Positions 50,355 to 61,500 of a stretch of 64,000 bases of DNA are shown here, piece by piece. This stretch comes from an uncultured virus (IMG/VR IMGVR_UViG_3300009111_000004). Taxonomy: Duplodnaviria; Heunggongvirae; Uroviricota; Caudoviricetes. The number at the start of each line of letters is the position of its first letter. Position 1 is the first letter of the stretch. A model generated the notes under the pieces. The model had not been told where the DNA came from. It worked only from the letters and a program-made list of their open reading frames with translations, and ran no database searches. The translations under genes were made by a program, and so were the position numbers. The stretch is from the IMG/VR virus record IMGVR_UViG_3300009111_000004. One strand, 5' to 3'.

Positions 50355-51046
50355 TAGGTAGCATTTAATTGCTGTAAACGTTCTCGAATAATCGTAGCAA
50401 TCTCCTCTGCTGAGATCGCGGTCTCAAATGGTGTTCCCTGGAGACGAGGAGTCAAATCTAAGCTAGTAGTATAAACCCCTCGACCCATAACTTTACGTAT
50501 GCAATCAATAGCTAGTAATGGCGTTTGGATATGTCGCAAATTTAGTGGGTTGCTAACTTTGACCAATTGACTGGTTGAATTACCAGCCGTAGAACACCAG
50601 GGGTGATCAGATTTAATTTCAATACAGAATTGTTGATCTCCAATTAAGAGTAATCGCTGAGATATAGGAATTTTTTGTGATGGATGGACGGCAACAGGAT
50701 GAGCTGCTAAACAATCCGGGTATTGTTTATGGGCCTCTTCCAGAGGCATCTTCTTCATCGTCCCAGATCGGCCCTTCAAATTTGTATATATGATGAATTC
50801 GGACTGAATAAGTTTTTGCTGATTTGCTGATTTGCTGTCATTTATAGTCTGTTGAAAACTCTCGTAGATGTCGCGCACCACTCCTGTGAGTGGGATTTCA
50901 AACCCCATAGCTTGCAGGAGAGTGAATTGTTCGATATGATCAGGATTCTCATTACTCATGCGGTGCCAGATTAAATCACAGTCTTTACCTTGATCAAAAT
51001 ATTGATCGTAATAATCAGTAAAGTCTGATTTTAGGCCGATCTTCAT
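50354..51046 (-). CDS. Hypothetical protein, possibly degenerate ATP-grasp fold
   Basis: SDFTDYYD N-terminus; PLLAID...LDLTP. Confidence 0.4.
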   Translation of the reverse strand: MKIGLKSDFTDYYDQYFDQGKDCDLIWHRMSNENPDHIEQFTLLQAMGFEIPLTGVVRDIYESFQQTINDSKSANQQKLIQSEFIIYTNLKGRSGTMKKMPLEEAHKQYPDCLAAHPVAVHPSQKIPISQRLLLIGDQQFCIEIKSDHPWCSTAGNSTSQLVKVSNPLNLRHIQTPLLAIDCIRKVMGRGVYTTSLDLTPRLQGTPFETAISAEEIATIIRERLQQLNAT

Positions 51047-51054
51047 CGTTGTCC

Positions 51055-52521
51055 TCAGATTATATTGTATTTCGCAGAATCACTGACCTTTTCCACTATT
51101 TCTTCTATTTCATCATTAGCTTCTTCTAGATCATTACTAATTTGTTTAATTTGTCCAGTAATTAAATGACTAATAATCTTTACTATGGTTTTGACTATTG
51201 CAGCTATAATCTTAATTGGTGCCGCTATAATCTCTCCAATAAAATCAGGTAGTCCCATTATTGTCCTCAAGTAGTCTGAACTGCTCTATCTGATTGGTTT
51301 CAGTATTAACTACAGCAGCAATAAATCCTCCACCTGTGGACCTACGGCCACATAGACCATTCAGGATACCTAGTAGGCCAACAGTATGTATATTCGACGT
51401 AGTATCAGCAATAATTTGGACTGTTGGATGATCAGCTAACTCTTTGGTGCAAGGTACTCGATGTTCCACTAAAGCATAGATTGCATCTGGTGATAATCTT
51501 AATAGGTCATTAAGGAAGTTTACTATTTGTTGTGCAAGTTGAAGATTGGTTGTTGTGGTCATCGGGACAATTAATCCATTTAAAGAGAAAGGTATGTAAG
51601 TCTTGATAATCAAGCCATCTATTGTTGCTATTAACAATTAATGTATAAACTTCAATTGCAGTAATGATTGGTTCAGGGATAAAGATCTGATACATCTTTC
51701 CCCAGATACCATGAAGACAATATAATACATATTCAATTTGCAGTTTGTCGAGGGCAGGTATAAGTTTTCCATCAACAAACTGCATAAAATCTAATTCTCT
51801 AGAACATATACGCCTGACCGCCGTCGCCCCCCGGAGATTTTGCAAGCCCCGCGCCGGGGCTACTTGATCTACGAAAATCCAAAAGTTACACCATTCTTTA
51901 TGATCAAAGAAGGGTCCTGGTAGGGGATTTTTAAGGCGTTTACATTTAGGACATAAGTCACGGCCACCAAAATCCATTTGGTTTACGATAGTTGGGGTAA
52001 GGCCCCAGTGTTTCAAAAGCGCCTTTGATGAAAGCTTGCTGAGTTTGAACATAGTCGTCTCGACGACGTTTCCTGGACTTCTTTTTCTTCCAAAAATGGC
52101 TATTATTATTATGGTTAACTTTTAGCCATGGATTAAATATAATACCTTGTACGGTGATTGGGCTTTTAGGAAGATAATTCTTAATGAGATCTTCGATTTG
52201 TTCACGGGTAGTGGTCTTATGTCCTTTTATGTTTTGATAATATATTGGTTCTACGAACTGTTGTTCTAGGCATATTCGATGACTAGTAATAACTGGTCTG
52301 GTAGTTATTGGCCAAGTGTTGATGGGCCAATAAGAACAGTCAGACTCATCTGGAGCAACGCCACTTTGACCTATGATCAAACAAGGTACACCTAGAATTC
52401 CGTGAGCGATCAGTCCATAAATTATGCTCATGGACTGATCGCTTTGATACTGAGCCCTACTATCCACCCATTTACATGGGGGGCCGATTTTAAAATGACG
52501 AAGCCGATAAGTTCTTGACAT
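51055..52521 (-). CDS. Hypothetical proteins (51055-51270, 51245-~51562, 51510-52052, 51958-52521)
   Basis: Contiguous ORFs; 51510-52052 has CPKC..H...C and IFIPE..I.AI like the Zn-finger paralog family. Confidence 0.5.
51841..51856 (-). promoter_or_regulatory. sigma54-type motif inside a CDS
   Basis: CGGCGCG-GGGC-TTGCA in a GC-rich patch. Confidence 0.5.
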
Positions 52522-52531
52522 ATAATCTAAT

Positions 52532-53086
52532 TCATGGTGTTGTAGTAAAACTTGTTGGGGCCGAAGCTGAGAATGAACTTTGAGGAGCTGCGAGCAATTC
52601 AGTTAAGGTTACAGGACGATAATCCCAAACATCAACTCCAACGTTAATAATATCTCCTAGTCTCCGCCAAGAATTATGCACGTGTCCTGTTAAATGATAT
52701 TGAGATTGTTCATTTGCTACCCAATCCATTTTAGGTTCGTGTCTAAGATAAAGCTTTACTCCTAGATCTTCTATATATAAATCATCATAATATTCGGAAA
52801 TCTTGGACTGACTGAACTGATTCCATAGGTTTCCACTTCGATGTAAATCATGATTACCTTTAATTAGGGTAATCTTACCGTTTAATTGATTAACATGATG
52901 TGGAATATGTGATTTATCACCCATATGGACGTCTCCAATTATATACACCACATCAGATGGTGTAACTCGTATATTCCAATTGGAGATGAGTTTTTCACTC
53001 ATCTCTTGGATATCATGGAAAGGTCTTGAGCAATACTTTATTATGTTTTGATGTAGGAAGTGAAGATCTGCCGTATAGTAGATCAT
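52532..53086 (-). CDS. Calcineurin-like phosphoesterase (AQ1575-like)
   Basis: ADLHFLH.NI, IGD, GNHD, HEP, GHVH, INVGVDVW. Confidence 0.9.
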   Translation of the reverse strand: MIYYTADLHFLHQNIIKYCSRPFHDIQEMSEKLISNWNIRVTPSDVVYIIGDVHMGDKSHIPHHVNQLNGKITLIKGNHDLHRSGNLWNQFSQSKISEYYDDLYIEDLGVKLYLRHEPKMDWVANEQSQYHLTGHVHNSWRRLGDIINVGVDVWDYRPVTLTELLAAPQSSFSASAPTSFTTTP

Positions 53087-53302
53087 TTTTCATTCTCAAG
53101 TAGTATACATAAATCAAAATCAGTATCTGAGAGATACGTAAATGCTCCAGTTAGGAGCTGAATCCGCCAAGGAAATAAGCCACCCACTTTTTCACATACG
53201 ATAAATTTCTGGCCTATTATTTGGCTCCCGTATTGATCATAGGAACAACCAGAGAGGAAGACGATCTTTAGTTATCTGGTAAATTTGTCCTGGTTCAATC
53301 AT
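53083..53302 (-). pseudogene. GQIW-family gene with a +1 frameshift
   Basis: MIEPGQIYQITKDRL then shifted frame ...GQKFIVCEK...DFDLCILLENEK*; ATGA overlaps at both ends; span 220 nt = 3n+1. Confidence 0.65.
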
Positions 53303-53688
53303 ATGTGTCTGAAATTATAATATAATTGTAAGCCAGAAACTGCTATTGCTGTTCCAGTTGTATTTTTAATAGCTTTAATCATATCACCAGGTGAATATAT
53401 ACTCATCATTCGCCCAGATTTTGACATAGATTGAACTCTATGTTGGTAATTCGATATTGTTGTCCGGTAAGTAACTGTATTATCCAAGGATAATATGCTC
53501 AGCCGTAATGAGCTGCCACTAGGAATTTTTGATTATTGATTAATGAGTTTAAAACCATTACTGGCGAATATAAGACGGTCGATGGTTATTTCAGCAAACT
53601 GGAGATTCCCAAGTAAAATATGGCGCCAAACTTCACCTACTCGGATTGGTAAATTAATACCCTGAAAAGTTGTTGGCCCGAATGGCAT
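53299..53688 (-). pseudogene. GEVW-motif gene interrupted by an in-frame TAA (53535-53533)
   Basis: MPFGP...VGEVWRH...LINQ*SKIP... continues in frame into the 53299-53487 ORF. Confidence 0.55.
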
Positions 53689-54783
53689 CATTTCTTTTTG
53701 GCCTGATCTTGTCTAGCGAAATAGATATCTAGAAGAAACATGAGGGTTTCACCGTTGTCTCCATCACCCCCACTTTTAAATCCCATGGAATCATTGCATT
53801 CTTCAAAATCGATTTTCTCGATAGCTTTGAAGATATTTGTAGAACGAGGATCATGAGGAATACCTTGCTCCCAGCGTTCAGTTATGCTCAATCTATATAA
53901 TGGCTTCATGTTTACTAACCTCCTCGAAGATCAATAATAGTTCTATGTTTAGAAAGGTTAATCCTCTAATAAGCAATGATTAATTATGAATTGAGAACCA
54001 CAACACTGCTCTGCCCCTTGAGCTGTGACTACATCATAAAGCACGCCTGGTGCATATCTCTTAATTATGATTTTATCTCCAATCTTAAGAGATGAGTATC
54101 TCTGATCTGGTAGTTTTGTCACCCTCCAAATTTGTCCAGGTTGAATTGAAGAATTCATCGTTTATTGTCTTGATCCAAATATCGATCTATACTATCAATA
54201 TCTGATTTAAACAATGTACAGGATAACTATGGAATATTCTCAAATTTCTTCTTTAAACGGAGGTACTGGTCACGTTCATATTGTTGATTTTTGTTTTTAG
54301 CTTGGATTCGTAGTTCTACCTCTTTATCGGACTCTAGGCGACGTCCACAGATGGCTATATATGTGTTTACATCGCCCCAATCATACTCTGTCTCAATTCC
54401 GATGTCCAGGTCCTTCCAGGTACCAGCCTGTTCAGCATTTAGAGCTATTTTAAGCTCAGCTATTGTAGCTGCGATTGAATTATGTTGACTTAATCTACCA
54501 AATTCTCTATAAACCCATTGACGCTCTTCAGCCATAATTACCCCTCTAATAAATCACAGTGAATAAAATCATCATCATTAAAACAATGATGAATGTCACT
54601 GTAAACAGTAAATAGAAATCGTATTTCCCAGCAGAATTCAGAATATGGAATATATCCTATGACTAGAAATTTCTGATCCGCAAATAGATCAATCCAATAT
54701 CCAGTGGTTATTGTTGTGCTATTGTTATAATTAACTTTTTTACGTGGATGGGTACGCCAGACTTGTCCGACTTCTATGATCAT
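53688..54783 (-). CDS. Small hypothetical proteins (53688-53909, 53958-54158 GQIW, 54227-54535, 54538-54783 GQVW)
   Basis: Tightly packed ORFs, two with the family motif. Confidence 0.55.
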
Positions 54784-56126
54784 TGTCCAATATCATCATT
54801 ATGACGAATTGCTCGGAATGTATTTAGAATAGGTACTCCATCCTCACTTAGACGCTGATACTTGAAACTAACTAATTTACCAATTAGTTTTGGGTCGTTC
54901 CAGAGTTCTTGGCGTATTTCTTTGGTTAGTCCTTCTCCTGTTCCAATCTCAAACTTTGGTCCAGTAGCCTTACCTTTAACCCACATTTGACAATGTAGAG
55001 CACCCAAAGATCCTTCTAGCCACCCTTTACCTTCGACCTTATCGATAATAATGGCTTCTCCATCTTCGAATGGCTTTACTTTGGTGATATCAGAGGACTT
55101 TTTATTAGTCGGCGGACGATCTAGCCGTCGAATAATCGCTCCATCACAACCCATCCTTGTAACATAGTCTTCAGCTAAATGATCTAGATTCTCCTTCTTT
55201 GGATTGACTATAGTCTTGTGCTGAACAATCTTAATATTATCAATATCTTTTAGGAGGGGACCAATGACCTGCTCTAGATCATAAAGACGATTCTCGTATG
55301 GTGTCTTTGGATTCTCATATTCGTGAATGCTAGCACAATCGAAGAGAACATAACGCATGTCTCCTTCGGGTGTACGCCCATCAACAGCATGAAAGAGTCG
55401 TTGAATAGCTTGAAAATCCATACGATCATTCTTAAATACTACAACCTCCCCATCGAGCACTATATCAAAACAAGTTTTTACCTGAATTTGGCGTCCAATT
55501 TGCTCTAATGATCGGCGAATAGGATCAAAACTCGATCCCCACTCTTTACCGGTACGAGATAATAAGTTTACCGATCGTAGTTGTCCATCCTTAAATCGTA
55601 AATAAGAAACGAATCGACCTCCATCCATCTTAGGTTGGAGTGACCAAGTACCATTTAATGACTTTAAATCCTTAAATGGTTTAGCTAGGGGTAGTGCAAA
55701 TTTAGTTATTGTTCCAGGAAGAGCTTCGTTAATAGAACTAGTAGAGATATTCAAGCGCAGATCTTGCTTGATGATTCGTTCTGTCCACTTTTGTTGATTG
55801 GGGGTACATTGACTTAAGAAGTTAGCAATTTCAGTTTGGGCGGTTCCGCCAGTAATTTGACGTATTGCTAGTTTATCTAGTAGATATTCTAGATTTGCCC
55901 ACCACTGCTGATTAGAAAATTTGACTGTATTCAACCACCATTGGTTGAATACAGCATTTTCTTGGACTGTAAGTTGTTTAACCCCAAATGTGATATTTGA
56001 TGAATTTGTATAATTCAGCAATTTACGAAGTTCAGGGCAATCCAGAGTTCTTAAAACTTCAATTCGGGCTTTTCCACGAGGAGCTGCCTCGATTTGATCA
56101 AGAGCATAAATAAGATCTTTAGACAT
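54780..56126 (-). CDS. ATP-dependent DNA ligase
   Basis: QPKMDGGR (KxDG), SRTGK, LDGEV, LFD, DGAIIR, KVK, C-terminal OB fold. Confidence 0.93.
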   Translation of the reverse strand: MSKDLIYALDQIEAAPRGKARIEVLRTLDCPELRKLLNYTNSSNITFGVKQLTVQENAVFNQWWLNTVKFSNQQWWANLEYLLDKLAIRQITGGTAQTEIANFLSQCTPNQQKWTERIIKQDLRLNISTSSINEALPGTITKFALPLAKPFKDLKSLNGTWSLQPKMDGGRFVSYLRFKDGQLRSVNLLSRTGKEWGSSFDPIRRSLEQIGRQIQVKTCFDIVLDGEVVVFKNDRMDFQAIQRLFHAVDGRTPEGDMRYVLFDCASIHEYENPKTPYENRLYDLEQVIGPLLKDIDNIKIVQHKTIVNPKKENLDHLAEDYVTRMGCDGAIIRRLDRPPTNKKSSDITKVKPFEDGEAIIIDKVEGKGWLEGSLGALHCQMWVKGKATGPKFEIGTGEGLTKEIRQELWNDPKLIGKLVSFKYQRLSEDGVPILNTFRAIRHNDDIGQ

Positions 56127-56210
56127 TGATATTGATTTCCTTATTTATTTTAGCCTTATTTTGATGATAGGCGTATTATGTTTATGAAGATTTTCCAATA
56201 ATATGTTGAT

Positions 56211-57783
56211 TTAGAATAATTTAGTTAATAAATCCTCAGCAGAGAGACCTTTAATTGGGCTTTTTTCTTGATGATTAATCCAATAAAAAGCTTGATTAAT
56301 TGCATAATATTCCTCATCGGTCATTGGCTCGATCAGGTCTGAATCGTAGTCCCATATGAATACCTGTGATCTTATATCAAGGTAGACAGTAATTGATATA
56401 ATACATTTTGTTCCTTTAAAATGCCATAAAAATTGTTTTGGATAGTAATCAGCACCCCATAGGGGAGTTTTATTATGATATAGCCAAAGATTGGGCCAAT
56501 GATATTGTCGTTTTATATCATAGTGTGAATCACCCATAGGTCAGCCTATATTAGATATTAATTCAAAATCTTTAATGAAGGTCATATACCAACATTCTAG
56601 CGTACTCCCTTCACTAGTGGTAATTAATAATACGGATTCATTACCATTAATTGGTGGTAGCCCACTGATGATGATTTTATCACCATTTCGTAGATTGCCC
56701 CAACAATGTCTATAATCGTATTTTAGTCGCCAAACTTGGCCGATCTCACAAAACATAATTATTTCTATTAGTATATTTTAATGAAATCAAGCTACCTCAT
56801 TTTCACTATAAATTTTTTTGATAAAATCGACGAAACTCATACTCCTGGCATACCCAGAATCAAGCCACATCGAAAAACTCTTTCGTACACTTTTGATAGA
56901 GATCTTTTTTCCAGATCGCTCACTGAGTAAATCTGCTATAGCTCGCCAAAGCTCACCTCTTGGGCTGATAACTGATCTACCACCGTAATAATATCCATTT
57001 TTGCGTGAGGATGTGTGTGTTACTGAATTTGTCATGATTACATATTCTCATTTAGGAGTTTAATGATTCGACCCCATTTAAGCTCGTGGCCTAGAGTAGA
57101 TCGTTTGACTATAAAACTGTTGCCGAAGTAATTTAAAGTGGCCTGTGTGACTGTTAGGACTTCTACTAAAATTTTACCACTAATCGGTACTCTATCACTT
57201 ACCATACAATCCTTTTTTATAACAAGGACGTCTCCAACTTGTAATTTACGTTGTGGATTCATGTTTAATTAGTTACAATCTGAATACCACCCCAGATGCA
57301 ATCATTTTGAAATTTGGGTCTAGGTAATTGAATTTTGGTCCCAAACACGTTAATCACAACTATATGTGCATTAATCTTTTCTAGTAAAAATTTACTACCA
57401 ATTGGTAGATTAAAACGATCTCGATAATAAGCTATTAAAGAAGTTTCAGTTTCTAGAATCTGAAGAAGATCTCCAACTTTAGGGAGTGGCATTTAATTTT
57501 CATCACAAATAGTCAAAAAATCAGACATTATAAATAAATCAATAGGAATCCAAATATATAGATCGATGTTATTAAATTGAGTAACTAATAATAAACGTTT
57601 TATCCCAACACTAAGTTTTATATCCTTAATTAGGAATTTAGTTTCGGCCGGAATAGTATAGTGCGAATTCAATCCTAAACGCGTCCATGGATCTTTGCAT
57701 TGTAAAATATCACCTACTTGAAGATTCTTAGCTTGCTCCAGTTTAGGTTTAAGTTTATAGAATTGTTTGCGTTCTGGAGCCAT
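56211..57783 (-). CDS. Small hypothetical proteins (56211-56537, 56541-56756, 56787-57035, 57038-57262, 57265-57492, 57493-57783)
   Basis: Packed ORFs; four carry IGQVW or VGD(V/L/I)L motifs. Confidence 0.55.
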
Positions 57784-57863
57784 TATTATATATAATTACT
57801 TATTATGAGATATTAGATTATTTTCTTGAAGAAGAGATCAAATATGCTTATGTTCGAAATATC

Positions 57864-57899
57864 CACCAGACGATCCCAATATATTGGGATCGTCTGGTG
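57864..57899. repeat. Perfect 36-bp palindrome downstream of the VWA gene
   Basis: caccagacgatcccaata|tattgggatcgtctggtg. Confidence 0.92.
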
Positions 57900-57930
57900 T
57901 GCAAGTAAAAAGTTGTTTATGGGTAACTCT

Positions 57931-60123
57931 TTAGATGTCGATACGCTTCTCGCTGAGTACGAACGTGAAGATCTGTCCATTCACGTCAATAGTAGTACTA
58001 TCTGCGCGTTCTGTGACTCCATCCCACCACCGCTTACCAAGCACCACCGCAAACTTCGTTCGCTGGATCTGGCTTCGGATGTCTGCCAGAGTTGCCTTTA
58101 CCTGTTCGATCCGATAGTCGAGCTGCTTGATTTGCTCTGTCTTCTTGAGGGTAGAGAGGCTCTTGTCCCACTTGGCCAATACCTTGCCCATAACCTCAGC
58201 ATTGGCCGTCAGAGTCCTTTTGGCCTTCAGCCTATCCCGAACCTCCGCCACCTTCGGGAACGAGGAAAAGCCTTTGGCTGCAATCTTAAATTCCTTCGCC
58301 ATATAGTAATCTGTATGGGCCTGATCCTCGGTCGGCGGGTTAAACCCATTGCGAGTCACCCCGATCTCCTTGAGGAATTCCTCCTGACCTACTGAGAGTG
58401 TAGTACCTAGGCCACGTTCCTCTTGTGGCTCAATTTCCTCCCGTAGAGCCTTGAGGACCTTGAGGGTGGCTTGTGCTTCCAGTTCATTGGCCACCTTCAT
58501 ACAAAGGTCTTTAGCGGACGTTAGTCCATCTGCAATAGCCCGGTTGATCACTGGGATACGATTTAGGTGTAGAGTATAGACCCTGCCTTGGTAGTGTCGA
58601 TTGTGTTCCTGGTCGATTACGCCCTCAACCAAGAACCGCTCGTAAGTAGCCTTGCTCATGCTAATCGGTAATGTCGGGGTATTGAGGAATCCGTCCTTGA
58701 CGACTGTGTAGTTACGCCACACGAATGTTTCGTAGGTATTACCCTTAAATCCAGCGTCAGCCCAGCCCTTTGGAAGCTTAATGACACCAGGAATACGGCA
58801 CAACACCGACAGGTTGAGTTGAGTCTGGTTCCACACCAAATCAACCAGTGGTACACGAGTGTTCTTGTCGGGTTCGAATTCAGGGTAGCCTGGCTTGGTC
58901 TTGCTGGGCACCCCGATCCGATTATATCGGAAGTCAGGATGATATGGCTGGAACTCGGCCTCCGGGTCCTGCATCAACAAATCCATAGCGTCTAGGAGGC
59001 AGAACGCGTCTCGCTTGGGTAGACAGCCTACCTTCTTTCCGGCGAGGTACCGCTTCTGCTTGGAGCCAATGGCGTCAAGGATCGCCTGCTCCGCCGCGCC
59101 GTACTCAGCATTAGTAAATGCATTTGAGATTTGAGTCACTAGGCCCGTATCACCGAGCGCCGACATAATCTCCAGAGCCTGGTCCATCTTGGCCCGCTGG
59201 ATTAGTACCAGGGCCGCCGCATAGCTGGCCTTAATCCAGTGCTCACTGGTGTTAAGGCCATGGGTTCCGTGCTCCAGAGCGAGGTTTAGAGGGACCTCTC
59301 CCGATCCTTTCGGCTTTTTGTCTGTAATGATGTAGATCTTATCATTACCCTTCTTACTCGGGGTGAAGGTGATCTCACCGGACTCCGCCGGGTAGACCGC
59401 CACTTGGCCATCTGTCAAGCTAAACACCGCGCCGTCCTTGGGTGGGAGTGTTTCAAGCTGGATCAGAATACGACGCCGCCGATTCCGTGCCTTATCCATG
59501 AAGTCGGAGAGGATGGGTGGGAACGTACTTAGGTCAGAGGAGTGAATGACCTGACCTCCAAACCGTTCGGCCATGTCGATGAGTAGTTCCTTGTTGTAAT
59601 AGTTACCGTATCCAACCACTAGGCTGGAGGTGACCTCACCGCCCATCGCTTTGATGGCGTTTCTGATGTCCTTAATCTCCTGCGATACTGGCGAGACCGT
59701 CGGATATCCGTCTGTGAGGAATGTTAAAGCAAAGACGTTACTTAGTGGTTTTAGGTCAATTACTACCTGCTTGCAGTCGGCCAGGATCTCCGAGAAACAG
59801 GTCATTCCGATAGCGTAGCTGTTCTCGTCGAGAATTTTCTCTAGTTTATGATCCTCGTGGCCGGTAATCTTATAGCCCTTGAGGACAAAGCGGAACTCGT
59901 TTCGTCCAGAGAACCAGCCTAGACTGATGGTATCTCCTACTGGGATTGTCTTGAGCCTCTCCTTTAAGTCATTGATTAGCTGCGGGAGCGCCCCACACAT
60001 GCTCCCTGAGCGGTCATACATCAAGATGTGATTTACGTTGGTTGAGATTGAGGACTGACCTTGATCCGGGACCTGTTGTTGGACCAGGTAAAGGTTTTTA
60101 TTGAACTTCAGATATTCTTGCAT
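57931..60123 (-). CDS. Large VWA-domain protein
   Basis: DRSGSM MIDAS, T, FLTDGYP, VGYGNYYN; AAGGAG RBS; visibly higher GC. Confidence 0.85.
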   Translation of the reverse strand: MQEYLKFNKNLYLVQQQVPDQGQSSISTNVNHILMYDRSGSMCGALPQLINDLKERLKTIPVGDTISLGWFSGRNEFRFVLKGYKITGHEDHKLEKILDENSYAIGMTCFSEILADCKQVVIDLKPLSNVFALTFLTDGYPTVSPVSQEIKDIRNAIKAMGGEVTSSLVVGYGNYYNKELLIDMAERFGGQVIHSSDLSTFPPILSDFMDKARNRRRRILIQLETLPPKDGAVFSLTDGQVAVYPAESGEITFTPSKKGNDKIYIITDKKPKGSGEVPLNLALEHGTHGLNTSEHWIKASYAAALVLIQRAKMDQALEIMSALGDTGLVTQISNAFTNAEYGAAEQAILDAIGSKQKRYLAGKKVGCLPKRDAFCLLDAMDLLMQDPEAEFQPYHPDFRYNRIGVPSKTKPGYPEFEPDKNTRVPLVDLVWNQTQLNLSVLCRIPGVIKLPKGWADAGFKGNTYETFVWRNYTVVKDGFLNTPTLPISMSKATYERFLVEGVIDQEHNRHYQGRVYTLHLNRIPVINRAIADGLTSAKDLCMKVANELEAQATLKVLKALREEIEPQEERGLGTTLSVGQEEFLKEIGVTRNGFNPPTEDQAHTDYYMAKEFKIAAKGFSSFPKVAEVRDRLKAKRTLTANAEVMGKVLAKWDKSLSTLKKTEQIKQLDYRIEQVKATLADIRSQIQRTKFAVVLGKRWWDGVTERADSTTIDVNGQIFTFVLSEKRIDI

Positions 60124-60291
60124 TCTGCTACCGCTCCTTAGTTAGGCATAGCGTGGATACAGGTTAAAATCTAAACGATATTACAATCTTGATAATCATA
60201 ATTGTCATCCCAACCATAGCGACAACGCTAGTCCATAGATGGATTGATAATACAATGTTATTCATATATCCTTTCATTGTGAATATATGAA

Positions 60292-60639
60292 CTATGTGCT
60301 AAAATTACGAAGAACGACTATGATAACTGGAAATATGATAATACCAAGTAATATACCTACACTAAACCATCTTGCTTCACTAGCGGTCATCCATTCATCT
60401 GGTATTGGATAAACTAATTTACATTGTTTCTGAATTCTAGAAAGAGGAATCCATGCCATAGAATTTGGACCATCTATACTTTCAAACATTAGAACTCGGG
60501 CCGCATAGGGCTCATTTGGCCACCCAAGTGGGACGATCGCTTCTATCCTAAACAAAGATCCTATAGGCATTGAATAAAAAAGTTCTAAAGATTCAGGATT
60601 TGGACGAACGACTTGCCAAATCTGATTAGAAGCGATCAT
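60292..60639 (-). CDS. QIW-family protein with C-terminal transmembrane helix
   Basis: MIASNQIWQV...CKLV, then a hydrophobic tail. Confidence 0.5.
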   Translation of the reverse strand: MIASNQIWQVVRPNPESLELFYSMPIGSLFRIEAIVPLGWPNEPYAARVLMFESIDGPNSMAWIPLSRIQKQCKLVYPIPDEWMTASEARWFSVGILLGIIIFPVIIVVLRNFST

Positions 60640-60942
60640 TGACGCTACACCCTTCTTCATCGTACCATTCGGTCCAACCATCGCACTCATTTTCTTCAGA
60701 AATGTCGGCTGAATTGTAGACTTCAAGTCCTGCGACATTACAGAAGTCAGGTTTGATATGATGTTCTAGTTGGAAAAGATCATAGTCAGCTAAATTTTGA
60801 AGAATTCTCTTCTCTTCTTTTCCCTTCCCTTCCCTTCTCCTCCCCTCCCCTTCTATTACTGTTGAGACTGTAACATAAAAGGGCTCCATTGGTACTTGTG
60901 GGATATGCCATACTCGCAGATCACCATTTTTGGCGTAGACAT
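60626..60942 (-). pseudogene. P22 gp17-like protein, with frameshift and purine-only insertion
   Basis: LRVWHIPQVPMEPFYV...LADYDLFQ....IKPDFCNVAGLE...W.EWY matches the P22 gp17 family as recalled; the ATG at 60942 needs one extra A in the run at 60927-60931. Confidence 0.7.
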
Positions 60943-60975
60943 TTGACCAGGCATCCGATCCATTGGTTTAATCAA

Positions 60976-61500
60976 TTATATGATTTCAGCGATCTTTGCA
61001 TGCATCTTCAATGCCATTATATGATGTATTTGTCGAAGTCCTACTGATTTAAAACCGATTTCTTTGAAAAATCGTTTTAAATGGGGGTTAATTACATGAA
61101 CTGTACATGATTGTGCATTACGAAGACTGCCTAGATAAATCAATGTCCGAATCAAATATCGTGCTAGTCCTTGACGACGATAATTAGGATGAATTTCGCA
61201 GACATAAATGTGGAGGCTGCGTCCAATTAGATGACCAGCGCAGAATCCTATAACCATGACCCTTTGGGCTATATCCCGCGCTAGCAAAGTTAGCCAGTTA
61301 GGATTGTTGAATAGATTTTTGATATCATTGCGAGTATCCCGCATCTGGGGATCCCAGCAAATAGCTTGTAGTTTAAGAATGCTGTCAATTTCCTGAGGGG
61401 ATGGAGACGTGGAGAAGATTTGAATATTAGTAGAGGTAGCTAATATGGCCTTTACTCGATGGCGAGATTTATGATAGTGAAGAGTGCCAGGACGTATCAT
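60976..61500 (-). CDS. GNAT-family acetyltransferase
   Basis: IHPNYRRQGLA acetyl-CoA motif, N....FFKEIGF. Confidence 0.85.
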   Translation of the reverse strand: MIRPGTLHYHKSRHRVKAILATSTNIQIFSTSPSPQEIDSILKLQAICWDPQMRDTRNDIKNLFNNPNWLTLLARDIAQRVMVIGFCAGHLIGRSLHIYVCEIHPNYRRQGLARYLIRTLIYLGSLRNAQSCTVHVINPHLKRFFKEIGFKSVGLRQIHHIMALKMHAKIAEII

